Assembly: GCA_049521795.1 (NCBI GenBank)
Contig: JBEKOM010000002.1
Span: forward strand, 96,001-160,000
Source: Candidatus Bathyarchaeia archaeon
GTDB lineage: Archaea > Thermoproteota > Bathyarchaeia > Bathyarchaeales > Bathycorpusculaceae
Length of the DNA stretch: 64,000 bases
Direction of reading: 5' to 3'
Each line of letters starts with the position of its first letter. The first letter of the stretch is position 1. The notes below the pieces were generated by a model, which saw only the letters and a program-made list of their open reading frames with translations, was not told where the DNA came from and searched no databases. Position numbers and translations under genes: made by a program. Positions 1 to 10,825 of this stretch are shown here, one piece after another.

Positions 1-18
1 TACATATTAGTCTCTGTC

Positions 19-1134
19 ATGTTTAACAACGTCGTAAACAGCCTATCCCTTCCTGGTTATGAAACGCTGGGGATATTCTCTCTGCACTACGCAGGCGTTG
101 CTTGCTCGGCTGTGGTAGGTGCGGCATTCTTCTCGCGGGCACGGAAGACTTACCTTGTGACATGGATCGCTGCCGGAGCACTTACGACAGCATTGTCGGC
201 AACTATCGCGCACAATAGCACGCCAGTCAACATGGGACTCTCGCTTCTCCTAGGGATCTCGATCGGAGCTGGTCTTCCCTCGTCATTAGCCTATTTTGCT
301 GATTCGACGTTCGTTGAAAACCGTGGCACCTACGGAGGAATAACTTACGCTGCTGTCGGCTTCACGGTCCTCGCTGTTGGGTTTCCGATAAACATGATCA
401 ATAATGCTGTTCTAGCGTTTGCCATCCTTGCAATCTGGAGAGCGTCTGGTCTCGGCGCTTTCTTTCTTTCGCATGGTGGAATAGAAGACTCGTCAGAACG
501 GAAGAATGTCGCGTACGGTTCTATTCTGCGCAGAAGAGATATCGTTTTGTACTTGATTCCGTGGATCATGTTCTCGCTTGTAAACTTTGCAGAGACTCCA
601 ATATTGAAAGGGGTTCTTGGAGACTTCTACGATTTTGCATCGCTCGTTGAGGTTGCACTGTCCGGGATTTTTGTGCTGTTGGGCGGTTTCGTTGCGGACC
701 TCACGGGCAGAAAGCGAGTCGTAATTACAGGCTTTATAGTATTGGGCATAGAGTATGCTATGCTTAGTCTCCTTTCTGGAATACCCATTTCTTGGTATGC
801 GTACATAGTGCTTGACAGCTTTGCGTGGGGCATGTTTGCTTCAGTCTTCTTTATGACGTTATGGGGAGACCTTGCAGAAAACAATCAGAAAGACAAGTAC
901 TACGCGTTGGGAGGACTTCCTTATCTCTTTGCCGGCCTTCTTCCCATTGTAGTCAAACCCTTCGTTGGCGCAAATCAAGCGGGAACGGCATTCTCTTTGG
1001 CCAGCTTCTTCCTGTTCTTGGCTGTCTTGCCACTGATGTACGCCCCCGAGACATTGCCTGAAAAAAAGATCAGAGAAAGGGAGCTGAAAGAATACCTTGA
1101 GAGAGCGAAGAAGACCAAGGAGAAATACGCTTAA
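19..1134 (+). CDS. MFS transporter (N-terminus may extend beyond the window)
   Basis: Many TM helices; MFS motif-A-like GFVADLTGRK; C-terminal APETLPE. Confidence 0.8.
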   Translation: MFNNVVNSLSLPGYETLGIFSLHYAGVACSAVVGAAFFSRARKTYLVTWIAAGALTTALSATIAHNSTPVNMGLSLLLGISIGAGLPSSLAYFADSTFVENRGTYGGITYAAVGFTVLAVGFPINMINNAVLAFAILAIWRASGLGAFFLSHGGIEDSSERKNVAYGSILRRRDIVLYLIPWIMFSLVNFAETPILKGVLGDFYDFASLVEVALSGIFVLLGGFVADLTGRKRVVITGFIVLGIEYAMLSLLSGIPISWYAYIVLDSFAWGMFASVFFMTLWGDLAENNQKDKYYALGGLPYLFAGLLPIVVKPFVGANQAGTAFSLASFFLFLAVLPLMYAPETLPEKKIRERELKEYLERAKKTKEKYA

Positions 1135-1157
1135 GGGCACGTCTGCTTCTTTTTGAT

Positions 1158-2291
1158 GTGAAATCCATGTTTTTCCATGTAATACTGACGACTGAATGCA
1201 ATTCGAAGTGTAGGTACTGTTACGGTGAGGCGTTGGAGGACATGGATGATGATTCATGGGAGGCTGAAGTTGATTATTCGTTACCACGAGAAATGAGCTA
1301 CGATGTCAGTGTGCTGGATAGGTTTTGCAGGCAAGATGCTGATTGTGTGGTGACGTTCTACGGCGGAGAACCGTTGCTTTGCACCGATCTGATCGGACGA
1401 GTCATGGACAATGTGACGGCCAAGCTTTTCATGATCCAAACGAACGGCTTGCTCCTAGACCGTCTTGAACCAAGTTATGTTAACCGTTTCCACACGATCC
1501 TCGTTTCGATTGACGGTGATGAAAGCCTAACTGATTTCTATAGGGGAGAGGGCACATTCAGGAAAGTTGTTGACAACCTGAAACTGATAAAGCACAATGG
1601 TTTCGAAGGGGAACTCATCGCTAGAATGACGGTTATGGAGAACACTGATATTTACAAACAGGTCAGATGGCTTCTAGAGAACGATGTGTTTCCTTTTTCT
1701 TCAATTCACTGGCAGCTGAACGCTGGATTCTGGAAGAACGATTATGCACGGAGGCATTTTAAGAAGTGGAGCGAAGAAAGCTACAACCCGGGCATACGAA
1801 AACTCGCCGAGTTCTGGGTTAATCATATGGAAGAGAAAGGTGCTGTCCTGCGGCTCTCTCCGTTGCTTGGCATTGCTCATTCCATTCTTTCAGGAGAAGA
1901 AGAAAGCCTCCTGCGCTGTGGAGGAGGATGGATAAACTATGCGATTCAGACTGATGGACACATCGTTCCATGTCCAACGATGTGGGGAATGAAGGATTAT
2001 TACCTGGGGCACATCAGCACTGCTGATCCTTTGAGACTAAAGAAAGTGTTTGTGGGCGAGCCGTGCACGAGGTGCAGTATTTTCAGGTCGTGTGGCGGCC
2101 GATGTTTGTATGCAAATGTAATGAAACGTTGGGGTTCTGAAGAGTACAGTCAGGTGTGCAAGACTGTGAAGAACTTGATCGGGGCCGTTTCGGACCAGTT
2201 GCCGAGGATACAGGAGCTTATTCATCATGGAAAAGTCAACTTGACAGATTTTGAATATACGAGGTACAATGGGTGCGAAATCATACCGTAG
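1158..2291 (+). CDS. Radical SAM/SPASM protein, AF0577 (TIGR04084)-like
   Basis: CNSKCRYC motif, YGGEPLL, C-terminal Cys cluster CTRCSIFRSCGGRC. Confidence 0.85.
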   Translation: MKSMFFHVILTTECNSKCRYCYGEALEDMDDDSWEAEVDYSLPREMSYDVSVLDRFCRQDADCVVTFYGGEPLLCTDLIGRVMDNVTAKLFMIQTNGLLLDRLEPSYVNRFHTILVSIDGDESLTDFYRGEGTFRKVVDNLKLIKHNGFEGELIARMTVMENTDIYKQVRWLLENDVFPFSSIHWQLNAGFWKNDYARRHFKKWSEESYNPGIRKLAEFWVNHMEEKGAVLRLSPLLGIAHSILSGEEESLLRCGGGWINYAIQTDGHIVPCPTMWGMKDYYLGHISTADPLRLKKVFVGEPCTRCSIFRSCGGRCLYANVMKRWGSEEYSQVCKTVKNLIGAVSDQLPRIQELIHHGKVNLTDFEYTRYNGCEIIP

Positions 2292-2465
2292 TTTCGTAAT
2301 AGTCAATCACGTCAGTTCCGCTTTTTCAGGTAGTCAAATCATCTTTGGCTCTACCGGAGCGCATAATACTCTCGGTACCGGAAAACCTAGTTGAGACCGT
2401 AGCAAGGATTTATCCGCAAATAATATTATAGATCGTACTACAAGAGCTTCTTCAAGGAAAGAGAA

Positions 2466-5400
2466 ATGGGAAAAACATTAACTGCTGAATTCGCTCTGAC
2501 GCTGTTGTTCGCAAGCATGCTGCCCTACGCTGTTTCCCTTCAGTCAGTCCGCTACGGCTTGGTGCAGAACCAGAACCCCCCACCTACGGTATGCTTGCAA
2601 CCGGATAATGTAACTGTCAAGAATGGCACAGTCTTTTCATTCAACGTCGTTATTGAAGATGTGCCGGCAGACCCTGGGATGGCGGGCGTTCAATTCACCC
2701 TCAGTTGGGACCCAACAATACTCAATGCCATCAACGTGACCGAGGTGATGTTCCACAACGTGACACCTCCATCTGAATGGAACAACATCTGGGCATTGAA
2801 AAACGAGGTCAACTACACGGCAGTATCCTACGCCTTCACATGGAGCGATATAAACCAAGCCCAGAGCGGGGGCTATTGTCCAATCTCTGGCAACTACACT
2901 TTGGCAACTGTCACAGTTGAGGCGATGGGAGTAGGCTCGACAACTTTACATTTTTCAAACCTGGTCGTGAGCGACCCAAACGCTCAAGTCTTAATATGCT
3001 CGCAAGATGTCCATCCTTGGCCGAACCCCCCCTTGCTGTCTAGCATCATAGTTGATGGCAACTTCAGTGTCTCAACAAGCTTTGGAACCATTCACATAAA
3101 GGCGGACGGAACCATTGCGCCGTCAACAGCGCCTATTCAGCGGATAGGAAACTATTACAAATTGACCGGAAGCATTTCGACAACGGCAGACGGAATCATA
3201 ATTCAAGAGAGCAACATTACACTCGATGGAAACGGTTATGCGATTCAAGGTGCGCAAGCCCAGAACTCTAGGGGATTGGACCTGTCGGGAATAACATCGG
3301 TGAAAATTCAAAACATGCAGATTGACGATTTCCCGTTTGGTGTGCGGCTTAGTTATTCTTCAGACAACAGTTTTTCAGGAAACGACTTGCAGAACAATGA
3401 TTACGGCATCTGGCTGGAATATTCCTCAGGTAACAGCGTTTCAGGAAATAACCTCACAGCAAACGGCGCCTCCGGCATCCGTCTCGATGTCTCTTCGGAC
3501 AACACAATTTGCGGAAACAGCTTGACGAACAGCGGAATTGCCATTTGGCTCGATCATTCTTCAAACAACAGTGTCTCCGAAAACAACGTCGCAGACAATT
3601 TTGGCGGCATCCTTCTCGCTGATTGCTCAAACAACAGCATTTCCAGGAACACCATGACAGCAAACAACGGATGGGGCGTTTCGCTCGAGTATTCCTCAAA
3701 TAACAGCGTTTCGGAAAACAACGTAGCAAACAACAGTGATGGCGTCGGGCTTACGCTTTCATCCAACAACACTATCTACCACAACAACTTCGTAAACAAC
3801 AGTCGCCAAGTTGTCATTGACTATGAATCAATGAATGTTTGGGATGACGGCTATCCTTCTGGCGGTAACTATTGGAGCAACTACGCGGGCATGGACCTGA
3901 ACAGTGGCCCAAACCAAGATCAACCTGGAAAAGATGGCTTAGGCGACACACCATACAGTACAGATTCAAGCAATAAGGACAGGTATCCGCTCATGACATC
4001 ATGGACAACGGGCGATTTCTCCATTTCGGTGTCCCCTTCTTCGCTTTCCATGAATCCAGGTGAATCCGCAAATTGCACTGTCACTCTAGCATCAATTGAA
4101 AATTTCTCCTCAGAAATATCTCTAAGTGCCTCTTCAGATCCAAGCATTGCCAGCGTAACGCTGACATTTGATTCAACTTCGATTAGTCTGGCGGCTGGAG
4201 TCTCAGCAAAATCGACGTTAATGATCAGCACCACATCGACAACACCATTGAACACATTCTCCGTAATCATCGCCGCAATAGGAGGAGGAAAAACAAGGAC
4301 AACCAATTTCACAGTCTCTTCAGAAGTGTCACTTGATGTGCCGTACCAAATCCAAGGGCAGACTAATTGGTCTGGCCCAGCTTCTCTTTCGATGGTTCTC
4401 AACTATTATAACGTTACATTCCATTCATGGGACTACGCGAACAGCACAGGCTTGCTCGCTTTCCGAGCAGATGAAGAAGCATCCGTCGCAGACCTTGTGT
4501 CTTTCATTAGAAAATACTACCCTGCTTTCAACGTAAAGATCGGAAATTACACTCTGAACGAGATACTATCAGCCCAAAACAACGTTGTCCTCGCAGACAT
4601 AGAGTCAAACTTGACAGCAGGGTACCCAGTAATATTGGAACTCGCAGGAATTCCAGGACATTTTGTTGTAGTCATAGGATTCAACAACACCGGGCTTTTA
4701 ATAAATGACCCAAGCGGGGCCTTCTTCACTGATCTACAGTATGGTAAGCCGGGTCGCCCAGTGACTCAAGGGCCATATTACCTTCACGACTTCGTCGAGT
4801 GGACCGACATTCAGATGTTCATCCAACAATACGAACACGATTTGATCCTTGGTGACCATAACACGATGCTGACCATTCAGAGTCCCAACGCAAACCCGTT
4901 GTCAGGAACTCTCGGCTTCAACGAAATACACTGGGGATCTACCAATATAGTGCTGGACAGAGGTATGCAATGGGTGCTTGACGAGCCTGTAGGACCACAA
5001 GACAAGTTTGGATTTTACATGTACGCATACAATTCACATAGCACGGAACAAGACTTCACCGTTTCAGTCAGCATCGTTGGAGACGACAACAAGACATACT
5101 CGACATTTGAGCAGAAACTCAACATCGAGGGTTACAACGGAGACTATTTCTGGAAACCTGAAAATGCTGTGGATCTATCCAGAAGTGAATACTACCGTCT
5201 CTACGTTGAGTTGAAAGACACACAAAACAAAGTGCTAGACTATTTCACGACGCCGAAGATTTACTACTTCAACAACGGTGTTTCCATAATTCTAAAAGAA
5301 AGCGAACATCATCTCTATTTGCACGCGTACGATTCTCAGGATCGCCACGTCGGACTCAGCTATTCAAACAACGAGACCGAGATCGACGTGCCCGACGCTT

Positions 5401-5735
5401 ACTATTTTGACGACTTAAACGGCACGATAACTGTGATTCTGCCCTCGTGGAATTCAAGCTGCCGAGCCGTGGTCGACGCCACTTTCGCTCAAGATGTAAT
5501 GGAAAGCTACAATCTCACAATTACAACTGTAAGCAATGGACAGACCGTAGACCAGAAACTCATTCAAGCAATCATCGAAAATGGAACCCGAAACGAGTAC
5601 AACATCACAATCTCCCAGAGCGGAACACTGATATCAGTGCCCGAGTTCCATTCACTCCTTGTTCTCTCAGTCTTCATGACAGCAACACTTTCAGCAGCGT
5701 TCGTCTTCAAAAAAAAGCGAACCATGAAGACATGA
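2466..5735 (+). CDS. Cell-surface protein: signal peptide, cohesin-like, NosD/CASH beta-helix, C39-like peptidase domain, PEF-type C-terminal anchor
   Basis: AGVQFTLSWDPTIL cohesin strand; GIWLEYSSGNSVSGN repeats; WDDGYPSGGNYWS; QxxxxWSGPAS..GHFVV..INDP; VPEF + TM helix + KKKR. Confidence 0.8.
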   Translation: MGKTLTAEFALTLLFASMLPYAVSLQSVRYGLVQNQNPPPTVCLQPDNVTVKNGTVFSFNVVIEDVPADPGMAGVQFTLSWDPTILNAINVTEVMFHNVTPPSEWNNIWALKNEVNYTAVSYAFTWSDINQAQSGGYCPISGNYTLATVTVEAMGVGSTTLHFSNLVVSDPNAQVLICSQDVHPWPNPPLLSSIIVDGNFSVSTSFGTIHIKADGTIAPSTAPIQRIGNYYKLTGSISTTADGIIIQESNITLDGNGYAIQGAQAQNSRGLDLSGITSVKIQNMQIDDFPFGVRLSYSSDNSFSGNDLQNNDYGIWLEYSSGNSVSGNNLTANGASGIRLDVSSDNTICGNSLTNSGIAIWLDHSSNNSVSENNVADNFGGILLADCSNNSISRNTMTANNGWGVSLEYSSNNSVSENNVANNSDGVGLTLSSNNTIYHNNFVNNSRQVVIDYESMNVWDDGYPSGGNYWSNYAGMDLNSGPNQDQPGKDGLGDTPYSTDSSNKDRYPLMTSWTTGDFSISVSPSSLSMNPGESANCTVTLASIENFSSEISLSASSDPSIASVTLTFDSTSISLAAGVSAKSTLMISTTSTTPLNTFSVIIAAIGGGKTRTTNFTVSSEVSLDVPYQIQGQTNWSGPASLSMVLNYYNVTFHSWDYANSTGLLAFRADEEASVADLVSFIRKYYPAFNVKIGNYTLNEILSAQNNVVLADIESNLTAGYPVILELAGIPGHFVVVIGFNNTGLLINDPSGAFFTDLQYGKPGRPVTQGPYYLHDFVEWTDIQMFIQQYEHDLILGDHNTMLTIQSPNANPLSGTLGFNEIHWGSTNIVLDRGMQWVLDEPVGPQDKFGFYMYAYNSHSTEQDFTVSVSIVGDDNKTYSTFEQKLNIEGYNGDYFWKPENAVDLSRSEYYRLYVELKDTQNKVLDYFTTPKIYYFNNGVSIILKESEHHLYLHAYDSQDRHVGLSYSNNETEIDVPDAYYFDDLNGTITVILPSWNSSCRAVVDATFAQDVMESYNLTITTVSNGQTVDQKLIQAIIENGTRNEYNITISQSGTLISVPEFHSLLVLSVFMTATLSAAFVFKKKRTMKT

Positions 5736-5835
5736 CATGAAAAAAGATTTCACTCGTCAGATTCGAAACTGTTCCGCTCCCCGTCTTGAAGCGTCAGAAT
5801 TGTTATTAGGCTAGCTTCAGTAAATCGATACGAGG

Positions 5836-6171
5836 GTGAACTGTTTGTCCGTGACTATTCGTGATGCTCAGCACCTCTGCTGGAAAAACTTCAGGAAAAT
5901 CAACGAGAAACTTGACCCAGAAAGGGGCAGAGGTTGGACCCCGTTTGTGATGACGACCGACCTCCTTGAGGAAGCAGGCGAAGTCGCAGCAGTTGTCAAG
6001 GGTTTGGAAGGGTTCAAACCGCCAGAAAAACCCAAGACGAAGGACATGCTAGCCACTGAGCTTTCGGACCTACTCTACATAATATTCGTGTTGGCAGAGC
6101 ACTATGGAATAGAGCTGGAAGAATCTTTTCTGCAGACTGTGAACGACTACATGCTCAGATTCATCAAGTAG
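5836..6171 (+). CDS. MazG-like nucleotide pyrophosphohydrolase
   Basis: LLEEAGEVA ... ELSDLLY motifs. Confidence 0.8.
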   Translation: MNCLSVTIRDAQHLCWKNFRKINEKLDPERGRGWTPFVMTTDLLEEAGEVAAVVKGLEGFKPPEKPKTKDMLATELSDLLYIIFVLAEHYGIELEESFLQTVNDYMLRFIK

Positions 6172-6328
6172 CCACGTTCAAGGTTTTCTAGCGCGCGCAA
6201 ATTCCTTGCCTTGCTTCAACCCTTGAATGAGACCTGAATCCGGCTCCTTTTCCGAATCAGGAGTTAGAATCTCGGAGGGATAAGTTATTTATGTCTATCA
6301 TCGCTATTTTGTTTCTGGGGATGAGCAG

Positions 6329-6589
6329 TTGACTGAAGAAAACGTCGTCGAAGTGGGACGGATAACGCATTTCTTCCCAAAGATAAGCGTCGCTGTCATC
6401 GAACTCAGCAAGCCCTTGAAGGTTGGCGACACAATAGCTGTAAAGGGCCCGACCACGGATTTTGAACAACCTGTCGAATCGATGCAGATCGAGCACAAAG
6501 AGGTTCAGAAGGCCGAGACAGGGCAAAGCATCGGCTTAAAAGTTGCCCAACGCGTAAGAGAAACAGACCTGGTGTACAAGAAACTGTAG
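6329..6589 (+). CDS. Small translation-factor-like beta-barrel protein (U32 peptidase C-terminal-like)
   Basis: VGRITHFFPKISVAVIEL..LKVGD..SMQIEH..GQSIGLKV. Confidence 0.75.
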   Translation: MTEENVVEVGRITHFFPKISVAVIELSKPLKVGDTIAVKGPTTDFEQPVESMQIEHKEVQKAETGQSIGLKVAQRVRETDLVYKKL

Positions 6590-6854
6590 GCAGCTTCCCT
6601 TTTTTCCACTCTCTATCTGACCGGTTTCTCCCAGTCAGTTGCGCATCCGCCTTCTGGAACAAGAATCATCGCCGTTTCAAATGGAATAGGCATCTGCGGG
6701 TTTTTCTCTCACACATAGAAACATGCCTGACTTCGCATATGCTTGAACTACAACCTCGTTGAAGAATCTGCCCTCGACGGGATGATAGATCATTTCGCGC
6801 CCGCGACAACCTCGTGGCCCAGATCTAGCGCGCGAGGGTGAAGAAGAAAGCAGT

Positions 6855-8144
6855 CTATTTGATGATCTCGCCCGCGAGATAGGTTGGAAATGCCTCTTTA
6901 ATTCTTACACTCAATGTCTTGCCGAGCAAGTTGTCAGCGCTCTTGACCGTGACCGGTTTGTAGGCAAGATTGCGTCCGACCCAAGAACCTGAGGCCTTGC
7001 CAATTTCGTCGATAAGGATGTCACCTCTCCAACCAACCCACTGCTTGTTCTTCTCGTGTGCTACGCGTCTCGCAAGGGCTGCTGCCATACCGCTTCTGCG
7101 TTTAATGTTGGTTGGAAGCACGAAGTCTTTCTGCATCTCGGCCGCAGCTGTTCTCGGTCGGGCAAAAAACTTCGACACATTAACTACATCGGGCTTCGCT
7201 TCCTCAATCAAACGCAAAGTGCGTTCAAAATTCTCTTCACCCTCACCCGGAAAACCGCAAATAACGTCTGTGGCAACAGTCAACTCTGGAAACCGAGCCC
7301 TAAACGTGTCCACGACCCCTTTGAAATCATCAACAGAATAAAATCGCTGCATCCGTCTCAAGATTTGATCGTCGCCGCTCTGGACGGGCAGGTGAACAAA
7401 CTTGAAAATCTTCTTGTCACGAAACACTTCGACCAGTTCGTCCAGGATATCCATAACAACGTTCGGAGTCATCATGCCAACTCGAACTCTGAAATCTCCA
7501 TTGACCCTGCTCAAGGAGTCCAACAGCTCAACTAGGCTTGTGCCAATGTCTCTTCCATAGCACGCAGTGTCCTGTGACGTCAGCCAAAACTCGCGAAAGC
7601 CACGACCAACGTCTTCTACAACTCTTTCAACTATCTCTTGAACGCCGTAGCTTCGCAATCGACCTCTTGCAAAAACCACGCAACAGTACGCACATGAACC
7701 GAGACAACCATATCCAATGGGCAGGACGCTCACGACCGAGCTCCGCTGCACCCGGGGTAGTGCCAGCGCGGGCATACGATCTGAACTTCCATCAAGAGCC
7801 ATGACTTTCTCACCGCTCAGAAGACCACTCACAAGTTCAACGATCCTCTCACCAGCCGCTGGACCAGCAACTCCGTCAAACTTCACTTCCGTCAGCAGCC
7901 TCTCAAGATTGATCAGTGGCAAGCACCCAGCAACGATCAGCTTCTTGCCCTCAGGTACCCGTCTGCAAACCTCGATCATGCGATCTTCAGTGGGACCCTT
8001 CACAGCACACGTGTTGTAAACAACCAAGTCTGCACTCGAAACCGAACCGACCAGCTCATGCCCAGCCTCAACCAGGCACCCAGCTAGAACCGCCCCGTCC
8101 GCCTGGTTTGTGGAGCAGCCAAAACTTCGCACGAGAACTCGCAT
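6855..8144 (-). CDS. tRNA methylthiotransferase, archaeal MiaB-like / e-MtaB type
   Basis: UPF0004 domain SFGCSTN/NTCAVK/GCLP; CLGSCAYC; C-terminal TRAM domain; start taken at ATG 8144. Confidence 0.88.
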   Translation of the reverse strand: MRVLVRSFGCSTNQADGAVLAGCLVEAGHELVGSVSSADLVVYNTCAVKGPTEDRMIEVCRRVPEGKKLIVAGCLPLINLERLLTEVKFDGVAGPAAGERIVELVSGLLSGEKVMALDGSSDRMPALALPRVQRSSVVSVLPIGYGCLGSCAYCCVVFARGRLRSYGVQEIVERVVEDVGRGFREFWLTSQDTACYGRDIGTSLVELLDSLSRVNGDFRVRVGMMTPNVVMDILDELVEVFRDKKIFKFVHLPVQSGDDQILRRMQRFYSVDDFKGVVDTFRARFPELTVATDVICGFPGEGEENFERTLRLIEEAKPDVVNVSKFFARPRTAAAEMQKDFVLPTNIKRRSGMAAALARRVAHEKNKQWVGWRGDILIDEIGKASGSWVGRNLAYKPVTVKSADNLLGKTLSVRIKEAFPTYLAGEIIK

Positions 8145-8350
8145 ACCATTCCATCGACATACCTTGAATGCTTCAACAAGGAATAAAAACATAAGGGTTC
8201 AGACACTAGAGAATTTACAGAAACCTGCGACCGAAGTTGGGCAAGCTTTAAAAGGCCAAATGCTGACATGTTAAGCGCATGTTTGCCACATGTTATAAGG
8301 AAGTATAAGTGCGACCACGATTTTATAGCCTACGCGGAGGGAGAGGTGTA

Positions 8351-8506
8351 TTGAAGTTAATAACGCTCTACGTGCCCGAAACTTATCTGAAAGCCTTAGA
8401 TCAACTCGTGGTCGAAAGGTTCTATCCAAACAGAGCTGAAGCCATCAGAGTGGCGATCCGTGACTTGATAAACGACGAGCTTTGGAGGAGGGACCGGGTT
8501 GACTAA
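8351..8506 (+). CDS. Ribbon-helix-helix regulator (CopG/CdrS-like)
   Basis: ITLYVPETYLKALDQLV..YPNRAEAIRVAIRDL; TTG start after GAGGTG; overlaps ftsZ start. Confidence 0.85.
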   Translation: MKLITLYVPETYLKALDQLVVERFYPNRAEAIRVAIRDLINDELWRRDRVD

Positions 8507-9620
8507 AACGTCTCGTGCAGAGAGCTCTTTCAACTACAATTGGCGTTACACGACGGATCAAGGAACCAGGCAACCCGATTACTGTCGCATTGCAGTGATT
8601 GGGGTTGGGAGAGCCGGCAACGACACTGTGACAAAACTGATGAACATGGATGCGACCTCTGCCTACTGCATTGCCATGAACACTGACGCGGCGCATCTGA
8701 AAGCATCAAAGGCCAGCCAAAAGATTTTGATTGGAGAAAAACTCACCAAGGGCCGAGGGGTAGGGGGCGACCCTGCGCTGGGCAAGGCAGCGATCGAGGA
8801 GTCCAAGAAAAGTGCAGATGACCTACTTTCAGACATCGATATTGCCTTCATAACCGCGGGGCTGGGCGGTGGAACGGGGGCAGGTGCCGCACCAGTCGTT
8901 GCAGGGATTGCAAAACGAAAAGGAGCAGTTACGATAGGTATCGTGACAATGCCGTTTAAAAAAGAAAAAAGCCGCGACAAGTATGCAGCCAAGGCTTTGG
9001 CGGAAATGCGAAGACAGTGCGACACGATAGTCGTGATCGACAACGATAAACTTTTGCAACTTGTTCCTAACCTTCCAATAGGCGAAGCCTCTAGAGTAGC
9101 GGATCAGGTTTTGGCAAACATGATAAAAGAGATTGTTGAAACAATCTCGACGCCAAGCCTCATCAACTTCGACTTTTCAAACTTCAAGACTGTTGTTACC
9201 CATGGCGGGATGGCTGTCGTCGGCGTCGGCGAATCGGATGCACCGAACAGAGCAGAAGAGGCTGTGCGAAACGCTTTGAGAAACCCATCGTTGGACGTCG
9301 ACTATGCTGGGGCTACTGGAGCCTTGATACACGTCATAGGTGACAATCGAATGACCGTTGAAGAGGCAAACCACGTCGGCGAAATAGTCACAGAAATGAT
9401 GGACAGAAATGCCCGCGTTATCTGGGGTGCAAGCGTGGACCCACAGCAAGAAGGCAGGCTGAAAGTCACCTTAGTAATGACAGGTGTGAACTCGCCTACC
9501 AGCCTAAAAAGCGTTGGAGGTATTGCCCCACAGCTTTTCAATTTGGAACCAAACGCAGAACCTGAAAGGCCAATGGACATAAAGCTAGATCTGTACCAAA
9601 TGGAGACCGATTCAAAGTAG
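8499..9620 (+). CDS. ftsZ: Cell division protein FtsZ (FtsZ2-like, degenerate GTPase motifs)
   Basis: NTD, GLGGGTG, MPF..E, IDNDKL, IWGA motifs. Confidence 0.9.
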   Translation: MTKTSRAESSFNYNWRYTTDQGTRQPDYCRIAVIGVGRAGNDTVTKLMNMDATSAYCIAMNTDAAHLKASKASQKILIGEKLTKGRGVGGDPALGKAAIEESKKSADDLLSDIDIAFITAGLGGGTGAGAAPVVAGIAKRKGAVTIGIVTMPFKKEKSRDKYAAKALAEMRRQCDTIVVIDNDKLLQLVPNLPIGEASRVADQVLANMIKEIVETISTPSLINFDFSNFKTVVTHGGMAVVGVGESDAPNRAEEAVRNALRNPSLDVDYAGATGALIHVIGDNRMTVEEANHVGEIVTEMMDRNARVIWGASVDPQQEGRLKVTLVMTGVNSPTSLKSVGGIAPQLFNLEPNAEPERPMDIKLDLYQMETDSK

Positions 9621-9783
9621 CAGGACAGTTCCTCGAAATAGCTCTTTCAGTACATTCCCTAAGCATGGCCCAACATCTCTCTCAGCCGACACCAGTGCAG
9701 ATATCCGTGTTTGTCATATTGCCTAGTTTGAAATAACGCTCTATAGCCATCTCTACTCTCCCCCTTGTGTTAGAGGAAAAAGT

Positions 9784-9972
9784 ATGGTTAACTGTCCAAA
9801 GTGCGGAGAGCCTATGTCGAAGGGAAAAAGAGGCAAGTACTTCTGCGAAAGGGCAAATTGTGCAGTCATATTTGTACGATGTCCTTCTTTCCCCAGCAGA
9901 ACGAAGCTTGCTTCCTCGTCATTAGCAACAACCATTCATTCTGTAGAGTTCTCACCTTCACCGACTGTTTAG
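9784..9972 (+). CDS. Putative small zinc-finger protein
   Basis: CPKCG ... YFCERANC; AGAGG upstream of ATG. Confidence 0.5.
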   Translation: MVNCPKCGEPMSKGKRGKYFCERANCAVIFVRCPSFPSRTKLASSSLATTIHSVEFSPSPTV

Positions 9973-10825
9973 GTCGGCGACAGCTGAAGAGAATCCAAAC
10001 GATGAACGTGAGCACCAACATTGGGATGGGCCCAAATGTGCTCACTGGCGGGCTGAAGGGTCCTCCGCTCTGCTCTTGGGTGAAAGCATTCTGAACTTCA
10101 ATGACACAATGCAGTATTTCTTGCCGATGGTTCTCGTTTGAGGAATTATGCTATGTGGCTTTAGGATTAAGAGCTTGCGCGATGCCTTTCTCAGCTTGTC
10201 TTATTGCAATGAAAAGTTTTGATGATAAGTATTTTTGCCAAGCACATTGATAATGATGGTAAACAACTCTCCTTTCTCTTTTCTCGGCCTATTGTGGCTT
10301 CATTCCGAAAATCTGATGCTTAACGTCCATGGCGGTAGTAGCGCGCTGGCTTGTGCCTAAATTCGCAAAATACGCGTAACTGAAAGCATATACATTTTGC
10401 ATATACAGTTGACGAGCATTGTTGAAAACGCTGAGGGTGTTCAGGTTGGATGCGACGCTCTACGGGCTGTTCAAGTGTGCACGCACAATAAAGGGACAAG
10501 GCACCGCGCTTAAGTGATGATCCAGTTGTCTGGGTTCTGGTACAGCACTTTGGCATCGCCTTGCCACAGTAGGTCGGCAAGCGCAAGAAATTCTTTGCTG
10601 GGAAGCCTCTTGCTCATGTTAATCATTCCTGTGAGTATGGCAAATTCTAATATAAACCGTGTTGCAGACGTCAAAACATATCCAAAACTGACACATTCCA
10701 TACGCAAACTCGGCTTTCAAAGCCTCAAGAGATGAAGTGAGAACTAGGCACTTGTGAAAAACCGTGTCAATGCCTAGCGTGATTGCCGTTGGCTTTCTGC
10801 TTCTCCTTCTTGTTCATGTTTCTCT

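Noticed and set aside
10253-10316. Possible C/D box sRNA (ATGATGG ... CTGA)
   Set aside because: Imperfect C box, no convincing internal D'/C' boxes, and no target identifiable by eye.
10320-10707. Two overlapping minus-strand ORFs as a frameshifted gene
   Set aside because: No recognisable domain in either frame; cannot be supported without a search.
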